From contig NW_013657630.1 of the NCBI RefSeq assembly GCF_000142905.1, forward strand, positions 122,434-186,433: a DNA stretch of 64,000 nucleotides, in the 5' to 3' direction. A program made the translations under genes and the position numbers. Every line of letters begins with the position of its first letter. The first letter of the stretch is position 1. Of this stretch, positions 39,556-50,845 are shown one piece after another. The notes below the pieces were generated by a model. That model did not search any database. It saw nothing but the letters and a program-made list of their open reading frames with translations, and was not told where the DNA came from. This stretch comes from Thecamonas trahens ATCC 50062. Lineage: Eukaryota; Protista; Apusomonadida.

Positions 39556-41154
39556 CTACTCGTTTTCGCCTTCTTGCTCAAGGTAGTCGCCAAAGGCCGC
39601 AAGCCGCATCTGAGTCGCTACCTCGTCCTCCTGGGTAAACTCTTCCACTCCGTCCCAGAACTCGACCACCACCGCACCTTCAAACGAGCTGGCATCACGT
39701 TCGGCATCCATGTGAACGCCGTGCAGGCCGCGGCGGAGCAAAAGCGCTTGCTGGTGCGATGCCGCCGTGAGCTTGACCACTCCGTCCGGGTGGAGATCGA
39801 AGATCTCGATGTTGCGCAACGAGGCCCCTGCCCGGGCAGCGGCCGAAGCCAGAGCAGCCTTGACGCCCGCAAGCGCGTTGGGCGACTTGAGAAGAGTGGC
39901 GGGCGTAAAGGCGTGCCTGGCTACGAGCACTTTCGGAAGGGCCGTGTCGGACTGGCGTGCAGTAGATCCGCTCGCCTTTGCGCTTGCGCTTGCATTCACC
40001 CCGAGCTGCTCAGCCCGCTCTGGCTCGTCGTCGCCGTCCCAGGTGAGCGCGGTCGCCTGCCGGACTGCAATCCTAGCCGCCTCCGGCTCACGGGCTATGT
40101 CGGCAGACTTGCCGTTGGCACGCGGGCGGCGCTTGGCGTTGGCAGCCGTATGGACAGCGGCGATGCACTCGAGCGCAAGATCAAGAAAGCCGTCTGGAGC
40201 GGCTGCGATTGCAGCCGGCCCAATCACCACCCGCACCACCGCGCCGCAGACATCGGCGCCATCAAGGAGAGAGGCAGCGAGTGTGACCGACTCGGGCTTG
40301 AAGAAGACCACAGCGGCAGATCGCGCATTCGGAGCGGCGTTCGCCTCAGCAAACAGCGCTACATACGCCTCGCCCGAAGTCACGTCCTTGAGCAGCATAC
40401 CGCACTTGTTGGCCGCCACAGTGGCAACCGCATCGGCATCGACCACGGCACTTAGTCCTCGCAACACAACCAGCCGCGCACGCACCAACGCCAGCGGATC
40501 TTCCTCGCGCTTGCGCTTGCGAGCCACACCAGATGGCGCTACCGCTGTCGTACCACCACCATATGCGGCAGCCCAGCTCGCCGCCGCCGCCGCCTCTACG
40601 GCCGCCGCGCTCGGTCCCGCCGCCGCTGCTGCTGCTGCGTCCAGCGAGGCCATCATGGCGCTTTGCTGTGCAGCGACCGCTGCCACCAGCTGCTGATCAA
40701 GCACAGTACCTTGCGATGAGCCATTGGGCGTAGAAATAGCCCCTGCGCCTCCAAGGCGAGCCGCAAGTGCGGTATCGGTGGCCACCAGAGCCGCCACAGC
40801 TTCACGATTAGCAGCAAGCGGGGCGGCAGACGGAGTAGGCAAAGCAGGCGGAAGATCCGTGGCAGCAGCAAGAGCGGCAGCACGCATAGCGTAGGCATGG
40901 CCCCAGTGCGGGCGGAGATTGACCAGGGCATGGGCATCCCAGGCGGCAGCCGAGGCATCGGTGGCCAGAGTCGCCTGGGCCCGAGCCAGCAAAGCCGACG
41001 GCACATGCTCAGCCAGCCCGGGAGGGGCACTGCCAGCAGAGGCGGCGGCGAGAAAGGCAGACAGGTGAGGGACGGCGGCGGATGTGTGGCCTTCGGCAAG
41101 GAGGGCTCCAGCTTGCTGGAGGGAGGCAAGGGCTGTTGCGTCGGATGTGGCCAT
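39556..41154 (-). CDS. HTATSF1: Tat-SF1/Cus2-like U2 snRNP splicing factor (RRM + UHM) with an N-terminal TPR region
   Basis: KCGMLLKDVTSGE...FFKPESVTLAASLLDG (RRM1), LTWDG, FDLHPDGVV...EFWDG...RLAAFGDYLE (UHM and tail). TPR-like ALLARAQATL...DAHALVNLRPHWGHAYAMRAAAL. Confidence 0.8.
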   Translation of the reverse strand: MATSDATALASLQQAGALLAEGHTSAAVPHLSAFLAAASAGSAPPGLAEHVPSALLARAQATLATDASAAAWDAHALVNLRPHWGHAYAMRAAALAAATDLPPALPTPSAAPLAANREAVAALVATDTALAARLGGAGAISTPNGSSQGTVLDQQLVAAVAAQQSAMMASLDAAAAAAAGPSAAAVEAAAAASWAAAYGGGTTAVAPSGVARKRKREEDPLALVRARLVVLRGLSAVVDADAVATVAANKCGMLLKDVTSGEAYVALFAEANAAPNARSAAVVFFKPESVTLAASLLDGADVCGAVVRVVIGPAAIAAAPDGFLDLALECIAAVHTAANAKRRPRANGKSADIAREPEAARIAVRQATALTWDGDDEPERAEQLGVNASASAKASGSTARQSDTALPKVLVARHAFTPATLLKSPNALAGVKAALASAAARAGASLRNIEIFDLHPDGVVKLTAASHQQALLLRRGLHGVHMDAERDASSFEGAVVVEFWDGVEEFTQEDEVATQMRLAAFGDYLEQEGENE

Positions 41155-41472
41155 GGCAGGGGGGGGTGGGGTGGGGTGGGGTGGGGTGGGAGGGTGGAGT
41201 GATGGCGACTCGGCGGGCAGGAGGCGGGCGGGCGGCGGGGAAGAGGGGCGCGCCATTCAATTAGAGGAGGGGAGAGAGAAGGGAGGGGGGCGTGTCGATT
41301 GGATCAGACAGCCATCATGATCCCAAAGGTGGGAAAAGACGGGAGGGGGGGGAGGCGGCTGGGAAGGAGCGGGCGGCAGGGGTCAAGTCGCGCCGTCGGC
41401 TCCAGAAGACTCCGTCGCGCGCCCGAGAACGAGGAGGCGAAGGGCGGCGGGAGGCGAGGAGTGGCAGCGCCA

Positions 41473-43995
41473 TCAGCGGGCACCGGCCTCCTTGAGTTCG
41501 TTGAGCATGCGATCAAAGAGCGAGTGGTTGAGAGCAGCGAGAGCGGTGGTGATGGTCTCGGCCGAGGGGATGATCTTGACGTAATTGAGGCGACGCGAGG
41601 CGGTGCGGGTGCCAAACGAGCCTGTCGATGCCGAACGCGAGAGCGCGATGCCGGACGATGACGAGATGGAGACAAGCGAGAGTGTCTGCAGCGAGTCGGT
41701 GAGCTCGAAAAAGGCCGAGCCCGTAGCAAAGTCGGAAAAGTGGGCGATGTCGGTGCAGAGCCTGCGGTAGGCGTTCTCGAGCTGGACGTAGGTGAGGTAC
41801 GACTTGCCGGAGCGGGCGACATGGCAGGCGCCGGCGAGCAGGAGCACCTTTTGGTGGAGAGTGAGGTTGGCGATGGCAGAGCCCTGCTTGGAGCCGAGCG
41901 TGGCGCGGATGTGCTTGGACATGGCGCCAATGGAGAGGCCACGGAAGGCTGCTGCCGGCTCGTTGAGTGCCGGGGAGCGCGAGGCAATGAGGGCGTCGAG
42001 GACGCCGCGGCAGAGGTTGAGCGCCATGCGGACGTCACCGGTGTGGTTCTGGACCCGCCGCGCGAGGAGCCGCAGCGCCTTGGCCTGAAAGATCTTGCCC
42101 TGCGAGCCCGAGCTGCTCTCCACGGTGGCGAGGCGGGCCTCGAGGATGGACTCGAGCTGCCCAGCAGTATACGGCCGGAACTCGAGCGTCGCCGGCGGCT
42201 TACCGAGCCGCCGCAGCTGCGGGAGCATGCGGTCGGTGAGGTCGAGGGCGTTGGCGACGCCAAAGAGGACCAGCGAGCCGGCGCCACCGGCCCATTCGAA
42301 CATCTGGTATAGGATGGCGTTGCCGTTCGAGCCAAGCTGATCCATCTCATCGAGCACAATGATGAACGAGAGCGCCGAGTCGCCCTTGGCGAACGAGGCC
42401 TCGCAGACCGACTCGGAGACCGCAGCCGACGACGAGTGCGCGGCGACGGCGGCAGCAGCCACCCGCTGCCGCTGCGCAGACCGCCGCAGCGGTGGAATGC
42501 TGGTCACAGAAAAGAGCTTGGAGAGCACCCGCTGCGCGTGGTCGCCGGCAGACAGCGACCGCAGAAGCCGCACGTCAGCAGCCTCGGGCACAATCTCCTC
42601 CAGCACCACGCCCATCCGCTCAAGCTGCGAGGCTAGGAGCGCAAGCAGTGTCGTGTATGCCGTCGACGGCGTGATATGCGACATGCAGTTGAGGTGGACC
42701 GTCACCACTGCAGGCAGGCTCGGATCTGTCTGCTTGGCCGCGTGCACCTGTGCCGGCAGCGAGGTAAAGGTAAACGACTTGCCCGTTCCAGGCGCGCCTG
42801 ACACGTACATCGATCCGGAGCTCTGATTTGCCAGCCGCGACCGCCAGAACCGCGAGATAACCTCGGCCTCGACCTCGCGCCCGGCAGGCCCGCTGCTGCT
42901 GGCGTCCGCAGCCTCGCACGCGCCCACAGACAGTGCCGCAGAGGCAGCCCGGAACACATCCACCACTCGCAGGCTGCTCATCGCCCGCTTCAGCTGCGGC
43001 GAGGTGCAGAGAAGATTCGAAACGCCCGCCAGCCCTGCGCTCTGCTGCGCCAGCCCCGTTGCCGCTGCAGACGCCGCTGCCGGTGCTAGCGCACCGGCCT
43101 TTGTCCTCGCATCACCAGTGAGGCGGCTGCAGCGGTCGTCGTCACCAACGCCATCTTCATCATCATTACTCGCCTTGCTCGCCTCCTCACCCGACCGCCG
43201 GCCCACCGGCACAAATCCAGCAGCCGCAAACGCTTCGCCAGCCTCACCAACCTCTCCATTCTCATCAACCATCACTCGATGACTTGCCCGAGCACTGAGC
43301 GTCTTGAGCCGCTTGGACGAGCGGCGGAGGAGGTCGGCGTCGTCTACTCACACCAGCACAGCACCGCAACCACCGAAATCACAGCGAGTCAGTCATGGGC
43401 AAGGGAAGGGGAGAGGGAGAGAGAGCGAAAAAATATTGGCCAAATGTCCCCAACTGCCGAACCGACTTGGGGGTGGGGGGGTGGGTAGTCAAGGCCGGGG
43501 TAATGGGGGGGGGGGGGGGAGAATGGGTTAAGACGTTGGTAAAGAGGATAGGGAGGTGCGGCATGGGATAGAGAGCATGATGGGCGGGAGAGGGAAGGGG
43601 AGAGGGTGGGCAACGGGGAGATAGTGGTGGTAGGGGGGGGGGTTGCAGGGAGGGGGGAGGCGACCAACGGCTGTAGAATCTACAGCGAATGTCCCCATCC
43701 CCCGTCACTCACAGAGACAGAGAGAGGGAGGGAGGGGGGGGACAAGGGCAGAGAGGAGAGGGAGGGGGGGAGGGGGCGGGGAGAGAGGAAGGAGGGGAGA
43801 GTACGTACCACCTTTCTGGCGGCCCCGTTTGGGGAGGGTGCGCGAGGGTATGGGCGACGGGGGCGAGAGCGGGTCGCTGGTCAGACCTGGGGCAATGGGC
43901 TTGAAGGAGAGCGAGGAAGTAGGCAACGATGCTGTCCGCAGCATGCTCTTCTGGCATGCCCTTGTGACTGTCCGTCGGGACGCCCGAGTCTTCAT
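41473..43995 (-). CDS. CDC6: Cell division control protein 6 (AAA+ replication licensing factor), 2 exons (43995..43809, 43343..41473)
   Basis: GREVE, SMYVSGAPGTGKS, LNCM, IIVLDEMDQL, LYQMFEW, GVANALDLTDRMLP, FRPYT, TGDVRMALNLCR and a winged-helix C-terminus. Phase-1 GTACGT...TAG intron at 43344..43808. Confidence 0.95.
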
Positions 43996-44341
43996 GTAGC
44001 CTCCCTGGATCATGGTGGAGGTGTGTACGGGGGGGGAGTGCAGTGGGTGGGTGGAGGGTGGGACAGGTGAGACGAGTGTGCTTGGGGGTAGTGTCGGGGG
44101 GGTTGGGGGGCTGGAGGCAGAGCCAGCATTTCCTCAGAGTTGCGATCAGTGGGCAGACGTTTTCTTGTCTGCCTTGGCCGTCTGCCTCTAATGACAGTGA
44201 CAACGGAGCATGATGAGCGATGAGAGGTTGGGGTGATGATTGCAAGCTCAGCTGAGTGATAAAGCACAAAAGTGCATCATATCGGTAGGTAATAGAGTGG
44301 TTATGTGTGTGTGGGTAGTGGGGGGGGGGGGGGTTTACAGC

Positions 44342-47300
44342 TCACCGGACGTTAAAGTACAGATGACGGAGCGGCGACTCGTTGGGGTCAACTACGACAT
44401 AGCGCAAAAGGTACTTGCGGAGCTCATCGAGGGCGATGATGACAGCGGCAAAGAGGAGTGAGGGGAGCCAGCCACGGAAGGCGACGGCGCAGGTGCCGAA
44501 GAAGACCTGGAACGGGCTGACCTCCAGCGAGAGGACAAGCAGGACCATCTGAACCACAATGAGGCTGGCGTGGATGGCGAGCGTCCGCCGCGGAAGATCG
44601 ATGAGCGACGCCGAGCGGGTGAGGGTGGTGGTGAGGAGGGCAAAGAAGCCAACAACAAGGCCGAGGTAAAAGGCCGAGCGGGCCTCGCAGAGTACGTTCC
44701 CGGCGCCGGCGATGGGCGCGCCGCTCTCCCACGCGTTGGCCTGACCGGCCAGCGACGAGGTGACGGTGTTCATGACGGCGGCATAGTTGCTCAGCGCGCC
44801 GAGGACGACCAAGCCCGCAAGGAGCGAGGCGTAGAGGACGAGAGGACCGGAGAAGAGGCGGCCGAACCGGAGGAGCTTGCCCATCGACGGCGTCACGCTG
44901 CGAGTTTTGTCAGTGAGCATGACGTCCGGCTCCACAAACGGCTTCTTGACCAGCCGCGGGAAGACAATGGTGTGGAGACGGACGACGAGCTCGGCGAGGA
45001 CAAGAAGCGAGGCCGTAAACGGAAGTGGGAGCGCAAACCAAAAGCCGAGAGCGAGAGCCATAGTGTATGCCAGGTACATGGCCGTTCGCCCAGCGACAGC
45101 CTTGATTTCGGTGTCGACGGCGCCGCGGGCCCGAGCCAGGACGGTGGCGAGCGTCTCGAGCGAGGCATCGGCGAGGTACATGTCGCAAAAGGTGGCATGC
45201 TTGACGTGCGACGGCCCGTTGGCGGCGCAGAGGGTGAGGAGTCGGTTGGAGAGGGTGTAGATGCCGACCTGGGCGTGAGCCTCGTCGAGTGCTCCACCCA
45301 TCCAGTCGTCGGCGCGCCCGATGAGGACTGCGGTCGACTGCGCCGCCACGTCAGTGAGGTAAGCGAGGCCGGCAGCGAGCGTGTGGGCGTCGACGCTCGG
45401 CACCACCATCGACTTGCCGAGCTCAAAGCCGGCGCCGGCGGGCGCAGCGGCGTTGATGAACGGCGGGACGAGCGAGTCCAGCGAGGTCTTGCGGAGGACA
45501 ATGCCGGCTGACTGCGCCAGCGCGAGGGTTGTCTGTGGAGCGTACGGCGAGAACAAGTGAGTCGTTACGCCCGACGTCTGCAGCTGAGTCACCAGCCGCC
45601 CAACTTCTGGGTTGGCCTTGAGCGGAACGCCGACGAGGCCAACGAGTGTAAAGTCGGCAGTCCATTCGTCCAGAAAGGCAGATGGCGAGCTGACGAGCTG
45701 GCGAGCGTACTCGCGGCCAGACACATTCTCTGGGAGCAAGAGCCGCTTGTGGACGTAAGCCATGACGACTTGGCCAGCGGCCTCCATCGTCCGGACTGTT
45801 GTCTTCAGCTTGAGCTGGGCCGAGAGGCCTAGTGGCGTCAGAGTCTCAACGTACTCGGCAGCCTTGGGTCCGCCTGCCGCCACCAGGCATGTGGTGGCCA
45901 CGTTGGCGGTGAGCAGCATCCGCAATGGCGCAACACCGACCACAATGTGCGCGTCTTCGGCGAGCGGATGGATCGAGACCACAAACGAGGAGGCGAGCGA
46001 GTGCGCAGCAGCAGTCGCAACAGGGACCAGGCCGGACGCCGTCGCCGCCTTGGGCGCGCGCCCAAAGACAATCCGGCCCATGCACGGGTGCTGCGCCTTG
46101 CATCCCCGGACGTCCAGCGCGTCGTGGGCGAGCGCAAGCAACGCGCGCGAAACTGGCTCGTTGGCACGGATAGTGTCCTCGTCACCGTAGAGCGTATCGA
46201 CAAAGGCCTTGGTGGTAGTCAGCGCCACCGCCCGCAGCAAGCCGTCGTACTTGCGCCGGCGGAGGCTCGCCTGCCACGACCGTTCGGTCATGGTTGTGCG
46301 GTCGAGCGGCTCGTCGTCGGTGGGGAAGAGGATGGTGCTAACGGCGTGCGGTACGCCGTCAATCAGCTGGGCCGGCGAAATGACAATCTGCGTCGTCTCC
46401 ACAAGCTTGTCTGACGCCGAAAGGGTGAGTGCGGTGGCCAGCCGGCGCGGGCGTTCACCGGCGAGCACGCGCTCGGCCTCGAGTGCGCGGAGCTGGACCC
46501 GCATCCGATCCGGAAGAACGAGCCAGAGGTAGACTGCAGTGATGGAGATGACCGTCAGCGGGTCTAGGCCTTCGGTGATGCCGGCGAGCAGGTATGAGGT
46601 TGCTGCAAGCAGAGCGCCGGCAAGCATGAACCGTCCGCCGAGCTGGGCCTCGGCGAGAGTGAGTGTTGAAAAGGCGCGGAGCGGGATGCGGAAGGCGTGA
46701 ACAAGCGAGGCCGAAAAGGTGGTCGAGAGCAACGCAACGCCGCCAGACCTGACCAGATGGGTGCCTTCGAGGTCAGGCTTGGTTGACGCAGCCATCCGAG
46801 TCTCGCCCATCTCGTCGTCGTCGAGCGGATCAAGAACAAGCGACGAGGCCCGCGACGGATCGCCGTAGTACAGCGAGTCGGCGCCAACAGCAACGACGAG
46901 GCCGAGTGCGTAGCCGGTCACCATGGTTTCGCCGGCAAAGGCCATGTTGGGTGCGCGCGCATACGCGCGGTGGGTGTTGGGCGCGGCGGCTGGCCGGCGC
47001 GACAGCTGGCTCGGCTCGCTGCGGGCGCTTGAGTCAACCACCAACTTGCCCGAGTCGGTGACAATGCGGATGTCGGCCGGAACAACGCCCGGCGCTGAGA
47101 CTTCGATGAGGTCACCGGGGACGAGGTCCTGCACCAGGGTGTGGGCGCGGCCGCCCGCGCGAATGGCAACGGTGTGGGTGTAGCCGTACGACCAGCCAAA
47201 CCACGCCCGCGCCGTCTCCCAGCGGAGCCTTGCCCAAGTGTCCTGAAACTCCAGCGCCATGACAAGCTGCACAAAGGCGGCGAGAAGGAGGAGCATGCAT

Positions 47301-48442
47301 GCGGCGCCGGCCGTCACGTCCGAGTCGCGAATGGCCTTGGCAAAGGTGAGCACCACTGCAAGCCAGAGCGCCATCCGTGACTCGTGCTTGAAGATGAGCT
47401 CACGAGCGAGAGTAACCAGCGTGGCCACAATAGATTCGCGCGGCGACTGGAACTGTGCCATGGCCGGTGGCGGCGACCGCCAGTGGTGTCCGAGCTCGTC
47501 CAGCCGCGCCTCGTGATCCTCGGCGCTGAGACCGATCTTGCATGATGTCTGCAGCGCCTCGGCGAGCGCATCAACCTCCAAAACATGCGGCAGCAGTGCG
47601 CCGGCCTCGGCCTCGTTGGCAAACTCTTCTGCAAACTCGAGCGTCACCGACGCCGGCTGGACAACAGGTGAGGCCGGCCGCGGCTGGCTGGGCCTCGCCG
47701 CCCGAGACCGGTAGACAAGAGCAGTGTCAATGAACTCGTTCTCGGCATCAGCTCCGATGTATGGGTCAGGCCTGTCTTCTGACGAGCTCTCCAGCACCAG
47801 CTCAGCCGGCGTTGGTTCTGGAAGTGGCCGGACTCTCGGAGGCGGCGCAACAGGATCTGCCAGCCCTGATGACGACGACGACGCTTCTGCCGCCTTTTCC
47901 TCTACCTTGTCGATCTTGTCAGCCTTGCTCTTGCGCACCCTGCGCTTGCCCTTCCGCTTTGTCCGCCGGTGCCGCCTGTGGCGATCGGGCACAGCGAGTG
48001 ATGTGCCGAGTGTAGCCGACTCGCGAGACTTGCCCTTACCCTCGCCCTTGGGCTCGCGAGGCTTGTCCTTGGGCTTGTTGTCGTCGTCGTCAATGGTGAC
48101 GGCCTCGTGGTTGTTGTCGTTGTCGTGGTTGTTGTCGTTGCCGGATGTGTGGGCGCCGTCCTTGCCCTTGCTCTTGCGCTTGCTCTTGCTCTTGCTCTTG
48201 CGCTTGCGCTTGCTCTTGCTCTTGCGCGACTTGGCCTTGGCCTTGACCTTGCCCTTGCCCTTGGCCTTGCTCTTGCTCTTGCTCTTAAGCGACTTGGCCT
48301 TGTTGTTCCTGACCTCGGCCGCCACACCGTCAGCCGCCTCTCCCTCCCCACCAGGAGCTCCAGCACCAGCAGCGGCAGGGCCAGGACTACCCAGCTCGCC
48401 GCCGTTATCAGCTGCAAACACCGTGTTCTGCTTGTCAGCCAT
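44342..48442 (-). CDS. P-type ATPase-like protein (Na/K type II scaffold) lacking catalytic motifs, with a Lys-rich N-terminal extension
   Basis: LVPGDLI...VPADIRI, NMAFAGE...GYALGLVVAVG, LVGLVGV...P..V...V..L...GV, TRSASL and IALDELRKYLLR are colinear with Na/K-ATPase. DKTGT, TGES, TGD and GDGxND are absent. Confidence 0.85.
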   Translation of the reverse strand: MADKQNTVFAADNGGELGSPGPAAAGAGAPGGEGEAADGVAAEVRNNKAKSLKSKSKSKAKGKGKVKAKAKSRKSKSKRKRKSKSKSKRKSKGKDGAHTSGNDNNHDNDNNHEAVTIDDDDNKPKDKPREPKGEGKGKSRESATLGTSLAVPDRHRRHRRTKRKGKRRVRKSKADKIDKVEEKAAEASSSSSGLADPVAPPPRVRPLPEPTPAELVLESSSEDRPDPYIGADAENEFIDTALVYRSRAARPSQPRPASPVVQPASVTLEFAEEFANEAEAGALLPHVLEVDALAEALQTSCKIGLSAEDHEARLDELGHHWRSPPPAMAQFQSPRESIVATLVTLARELIFKHESRMALWLAVVLTFAKAIRDSDVTAGAACMLLLLAAFVQLVMALEFQDTWARLRWETARAWFGWSYGYTHTVAIRAGGRAHTLVQDLVPGDLIEVSAPGVVPADIRIVTDSGKLVVDSSARSEPSQLSRRPAAAPNTHRAYARAPNMAFAGETMVTGYALGLVVAVGADSLYYGDPSRASSLVLDPLDDDEMGETRMAASTKPDLEGTHLVRSGGVALLSTTFSASLVHAFRIPLRAFSTLTLAEAQLGGRFMLAGALLAATSYLLAGITEGLDPLTVISITAVYLWLVLPDRMRVQLRALEAERVLAGERPRRLATALTLSASDKLVETTQIVISPAQLIDGVPHAVSTILFPTDDEPLDRTTMTERSWQASLRRRKYDGLLRAVALTTTKAFVDTLYGDEDTIRANEPVSRALLALAHDALDVRGCKAQHPCMGRIVFGRAPKAATASGLVPVATAAAHSLASSFVVSIHPLAEDAHIVVGVAPLRMLLTANVATTCLVAAGGPKAAEYVETLTPLGLSAQLKLKTTVRTMEAAGQVVMAYVHKRLLLPENVSGREYARQLVSSPSAFLDEWTADFTLVGLVGVPLKANPEVGRLVTQLQTSGVTTHLFSPYAPQTTLALAQSAGIVLRKTSLDSLVPPFINAAAPAGAGFELGKSMVVPSVDAHTLAAGLAYLTDVAAQSTAVLIGRADDWMGGALDEAHAQVGIYTLSNRLLTLCAANGPSHVKHATFCDMYLADASLETLATVLARARGAVDTEIKAVAGRTAMYLAYTMALALGFWFALPLPFTASLLVLAELVVRLHTIVFPRLVKKPFVEPDVMLTDKTRSVTPSMGKLLRFGRLFSGPLVLYASLLAGLVVLGALSNYAAVMNTVTSSLAGQANAWESGAPIAGAGNVLCEARSAFYLGLVVGFFALLTTTLTRSASLIDLPRRTLAIHASLIVVQMVLLVLSLEVSPFQVFFGTCAVAFRGWLPSLLFAAVIIALDELRKYLLRYVVVDPNESPLRHLYFNVR

Positions 48443-49011
48443 CACCAGCCCAGCAACGGCAACGGTCCGCTATCTGACGTCCTCGTACGGGTGACAAGTG
48501 CCCAGTGACGGTGACGGGAGGGGGTGAGTGTGTGGGTGTGTGTGTGGGGGGGGGCGCGGGGGGCGGAGGCGGGGTGGCAGTGGCGGACAACGGCCGGCGG
48601 TGGCCAACTCGATTGAGAGGGAGAGAGAAGGGAGGGGAGGGGGGGGGGGGGGGGGGGGTTGGAGAGGAAGATCGGTAGTGGATAAGGGTGTACGGAGGAG
48701 CGATGGGGAGGTGGCGGGATGGAGGCGGGAGTGACAATAACCACCAGATCATACTCACCTACAGAGCTACAGGCGGATGATGACGGTGGGGATGATGGCC
48801 ATCACATGGCAAAGCAATGCACTGTACTGCATCGCATCAACATTGGGTTGTGTTGTGTTACTTGACACCATGCATGTGCATCGCATCAGCTCAGTTCGCC
48901 TCGTCTCATCCGACATGGCTTGGTCCCGGCGCGGCCGACTGGGCTCGGCGGACAAGACGCCCCAGCGGACCGAGCGGTGCGGACCGGCATGACGCGACCG
49001 GTTGCGCTGCT

Positions 49012-49737
49012 ATGTTCCACACCACTCCACGGCGAGGGAGCAGCAGACGGCGGGTAAAGAAGATGTCTGCGGTGGAGCAGCTGCTGCCGGGCGGCGGGAT
49101 GAGGGCGAAGCGGCGGCGGGCGGCACGGGCTGCGCGGGTGGCCGACGAGGTCCGTGTCGGCCCGGCGGTATCGGCGCCGACGGCCGAGGCATGGGTGCCG
49201 GACAGCCGGCTGGTGGCACTATCGGAGCGGGCGACGGCGACGACAGAGCTGGTACTGAAGCGGCTAGAGGTGGAGGAGCAGGTGCTCTTTGCTAACGGGC
49301 CGATCTTGCCTGCGCTGCTGGTCCTTGTCCCTGCGCTCGGCGCGCTCGTCCTCGCCGTCCTTGCATCCGTCCTCGCCTCGCTCTCGCTGCTGTGGCCGGC
49401 TGTCGGCTTTGGCGTCGTCTGCAGCATCTGGGTATGGGGTTGGGCAAGAGTGCTCCTCAAGATGCATCGCACGGCGTACGTGCTGACGTCTGGCCGGATC
49501 ATGGCGGTGGCGGCGGGCGTGCCGGGCTTGTTTGGCACCTCGGCCACTCTGATCGGCTACGAAAATGTGGTGCGGGTGCGGATGACCCGTGCTGGGCACG
49601 TGGCGGTCGAAGTAGTGGGCAGCAAGATGCTCAAGATGTATTACTTGGAGAGCGCTGAGGCTGTGGCGGCAGCGCTCAGCTCGCTGGTGAGCGAGGCGAA
49701 GCGGAGCAGCGCCGCGGCCGAGCCGTGGCGGAGCTAA
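49012..49737 (+). CDS. Two-TM membrane protein with a bacterial-type PH (bPH/YdbS-like) domain
   Basis: EEQVLF...P, two hydrophobic helices, then RTAYVLTSGRIMAV..G.FG....I.Y..V..V, a pattern typical of bPH-domain membrane proteins. Confidence 0.6.
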   Translation: MFHTTPRRGSSRRRVKKMSAVEQLLPGGGMRAKRRRAARAARVADEVRVGPAVSAPTAEAWVPDSRLVALSERATATTELVLKRLEVEEQVLFANGPILPALLVLVPALGALVLAVLASVLASLSLLWPAVGFGVVCSIWVWGWARVLLKMHRTAYVLTSGRIMAVAAGVPGLFGTSATLIGYENVVRVRMTRAGHVAVEVVGSKMLKMYYLESAEAVAAALSSLVSEAKRSSAAAEPWRS

Positions 49738-49745
49738 GCGATGGC

Positions 49746-50845
49746 TCACATGGTCTTGAGGCGGCGCTTGTCTTTGGGCTCGACCTTGGCCACGGGAACC
49801 GACGCCGGCGTCTGCATGTCAGGGTCCCAGATGGCGCGCCAGGCCTGCTCGCGAGTGATGGGCTTGTTGTTGAGCTGGCGGGTCTTCTTCAGCAGCCACG
49901 ATGGGGTGAGGAGGAACGACATGAGGGCAAGCGAGGGGTAGAAAGCCAGGATAGAGAGCCACGAGAGCTCGGTCGAGAGCTGGTGCCAGTAGCGGAAGGT
50001 TTGGATCCACACAAAGGCCTCGATGAATGAGCGCCCGTGGAACATGTGGACCATGAGCATCTGATTAGCCCGCCACAGCGTCGTCGTCTCGTAGCCCATG
50101 CGCCAAGAAATCCACGAGAGAGCGGTGAACGGAGTAGAGCACTCGAGAATGAGGCCGAGGACGCCAAAGTAGTGCAGATGGCCGGTGTAGAGGATGGCCG
50201 AGAAGCCGCCAAGCGAGATGACATGGTGGATGAAGAGGAGGAGATCAAACTGGGCAAAGACAATGTTGGAGGCAAAGAGAGCAAAGCACTCAAAGACAAA
50301 GAAGCCGATGGCATTGCAAATGAGCCAGGTGGAGAGCGGTGACGAGACCGAGACGATCGAGCCATCGCGCATGCCCACAAAGCCACAGTAGACGCCAAGC
50401 GGTGCAAAGAGGCCACCAAAGACAGCTCGGACAAGTGCCAGGGCCCAGAACACCCTTGCCTGCGGCTTTAGGCCACGGAAGGTCGACGAGACCACCAGCG
50501 ACACTGCCCACCACACCACAAACATAGCCACCCACAGCCCTGCTCGCTCTCTGTAGTATGTGCGTATGCGTGTACCTCTCCTGTGAGTCTATGTCAAGCC
50601 CTTCCCCCTTTCTCCCTCCCCTCCCCCTTGTCTCTCCTCTCCTGCCGCCTCTCCCCCCCGCGTCCCGGCGACCTGTCTGTCCCCTTGCCCGTAGGCATGG
50701 GTATGGGTATGGGTATGGACATGGGCAGTACTTACAGAAAGTACTCGAGACTCACTTCGTAGTACTGCAGGTACGTCATGATGGGTCCGGACGAGGAGGA
50801 CCAGTCGTGCATCTCCTGCACAGCAGAGGCGGTGGAGGCTGCCAT
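49746..50845 (-). CDS. CLN8: TLC-domain protein, CLN8-like, 2 exons (50845..50736, 50550..49746)
   Basis: GFFVFEC, LLFIHH, LECSTPFTALSW...LWRANQMLMVHMFHGR, LTPSWLLKKTRQL and a basic C-terminal tail. Phase-2 GTAAGT...CAG intron at 50551..50735. Confidence 0.85.
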
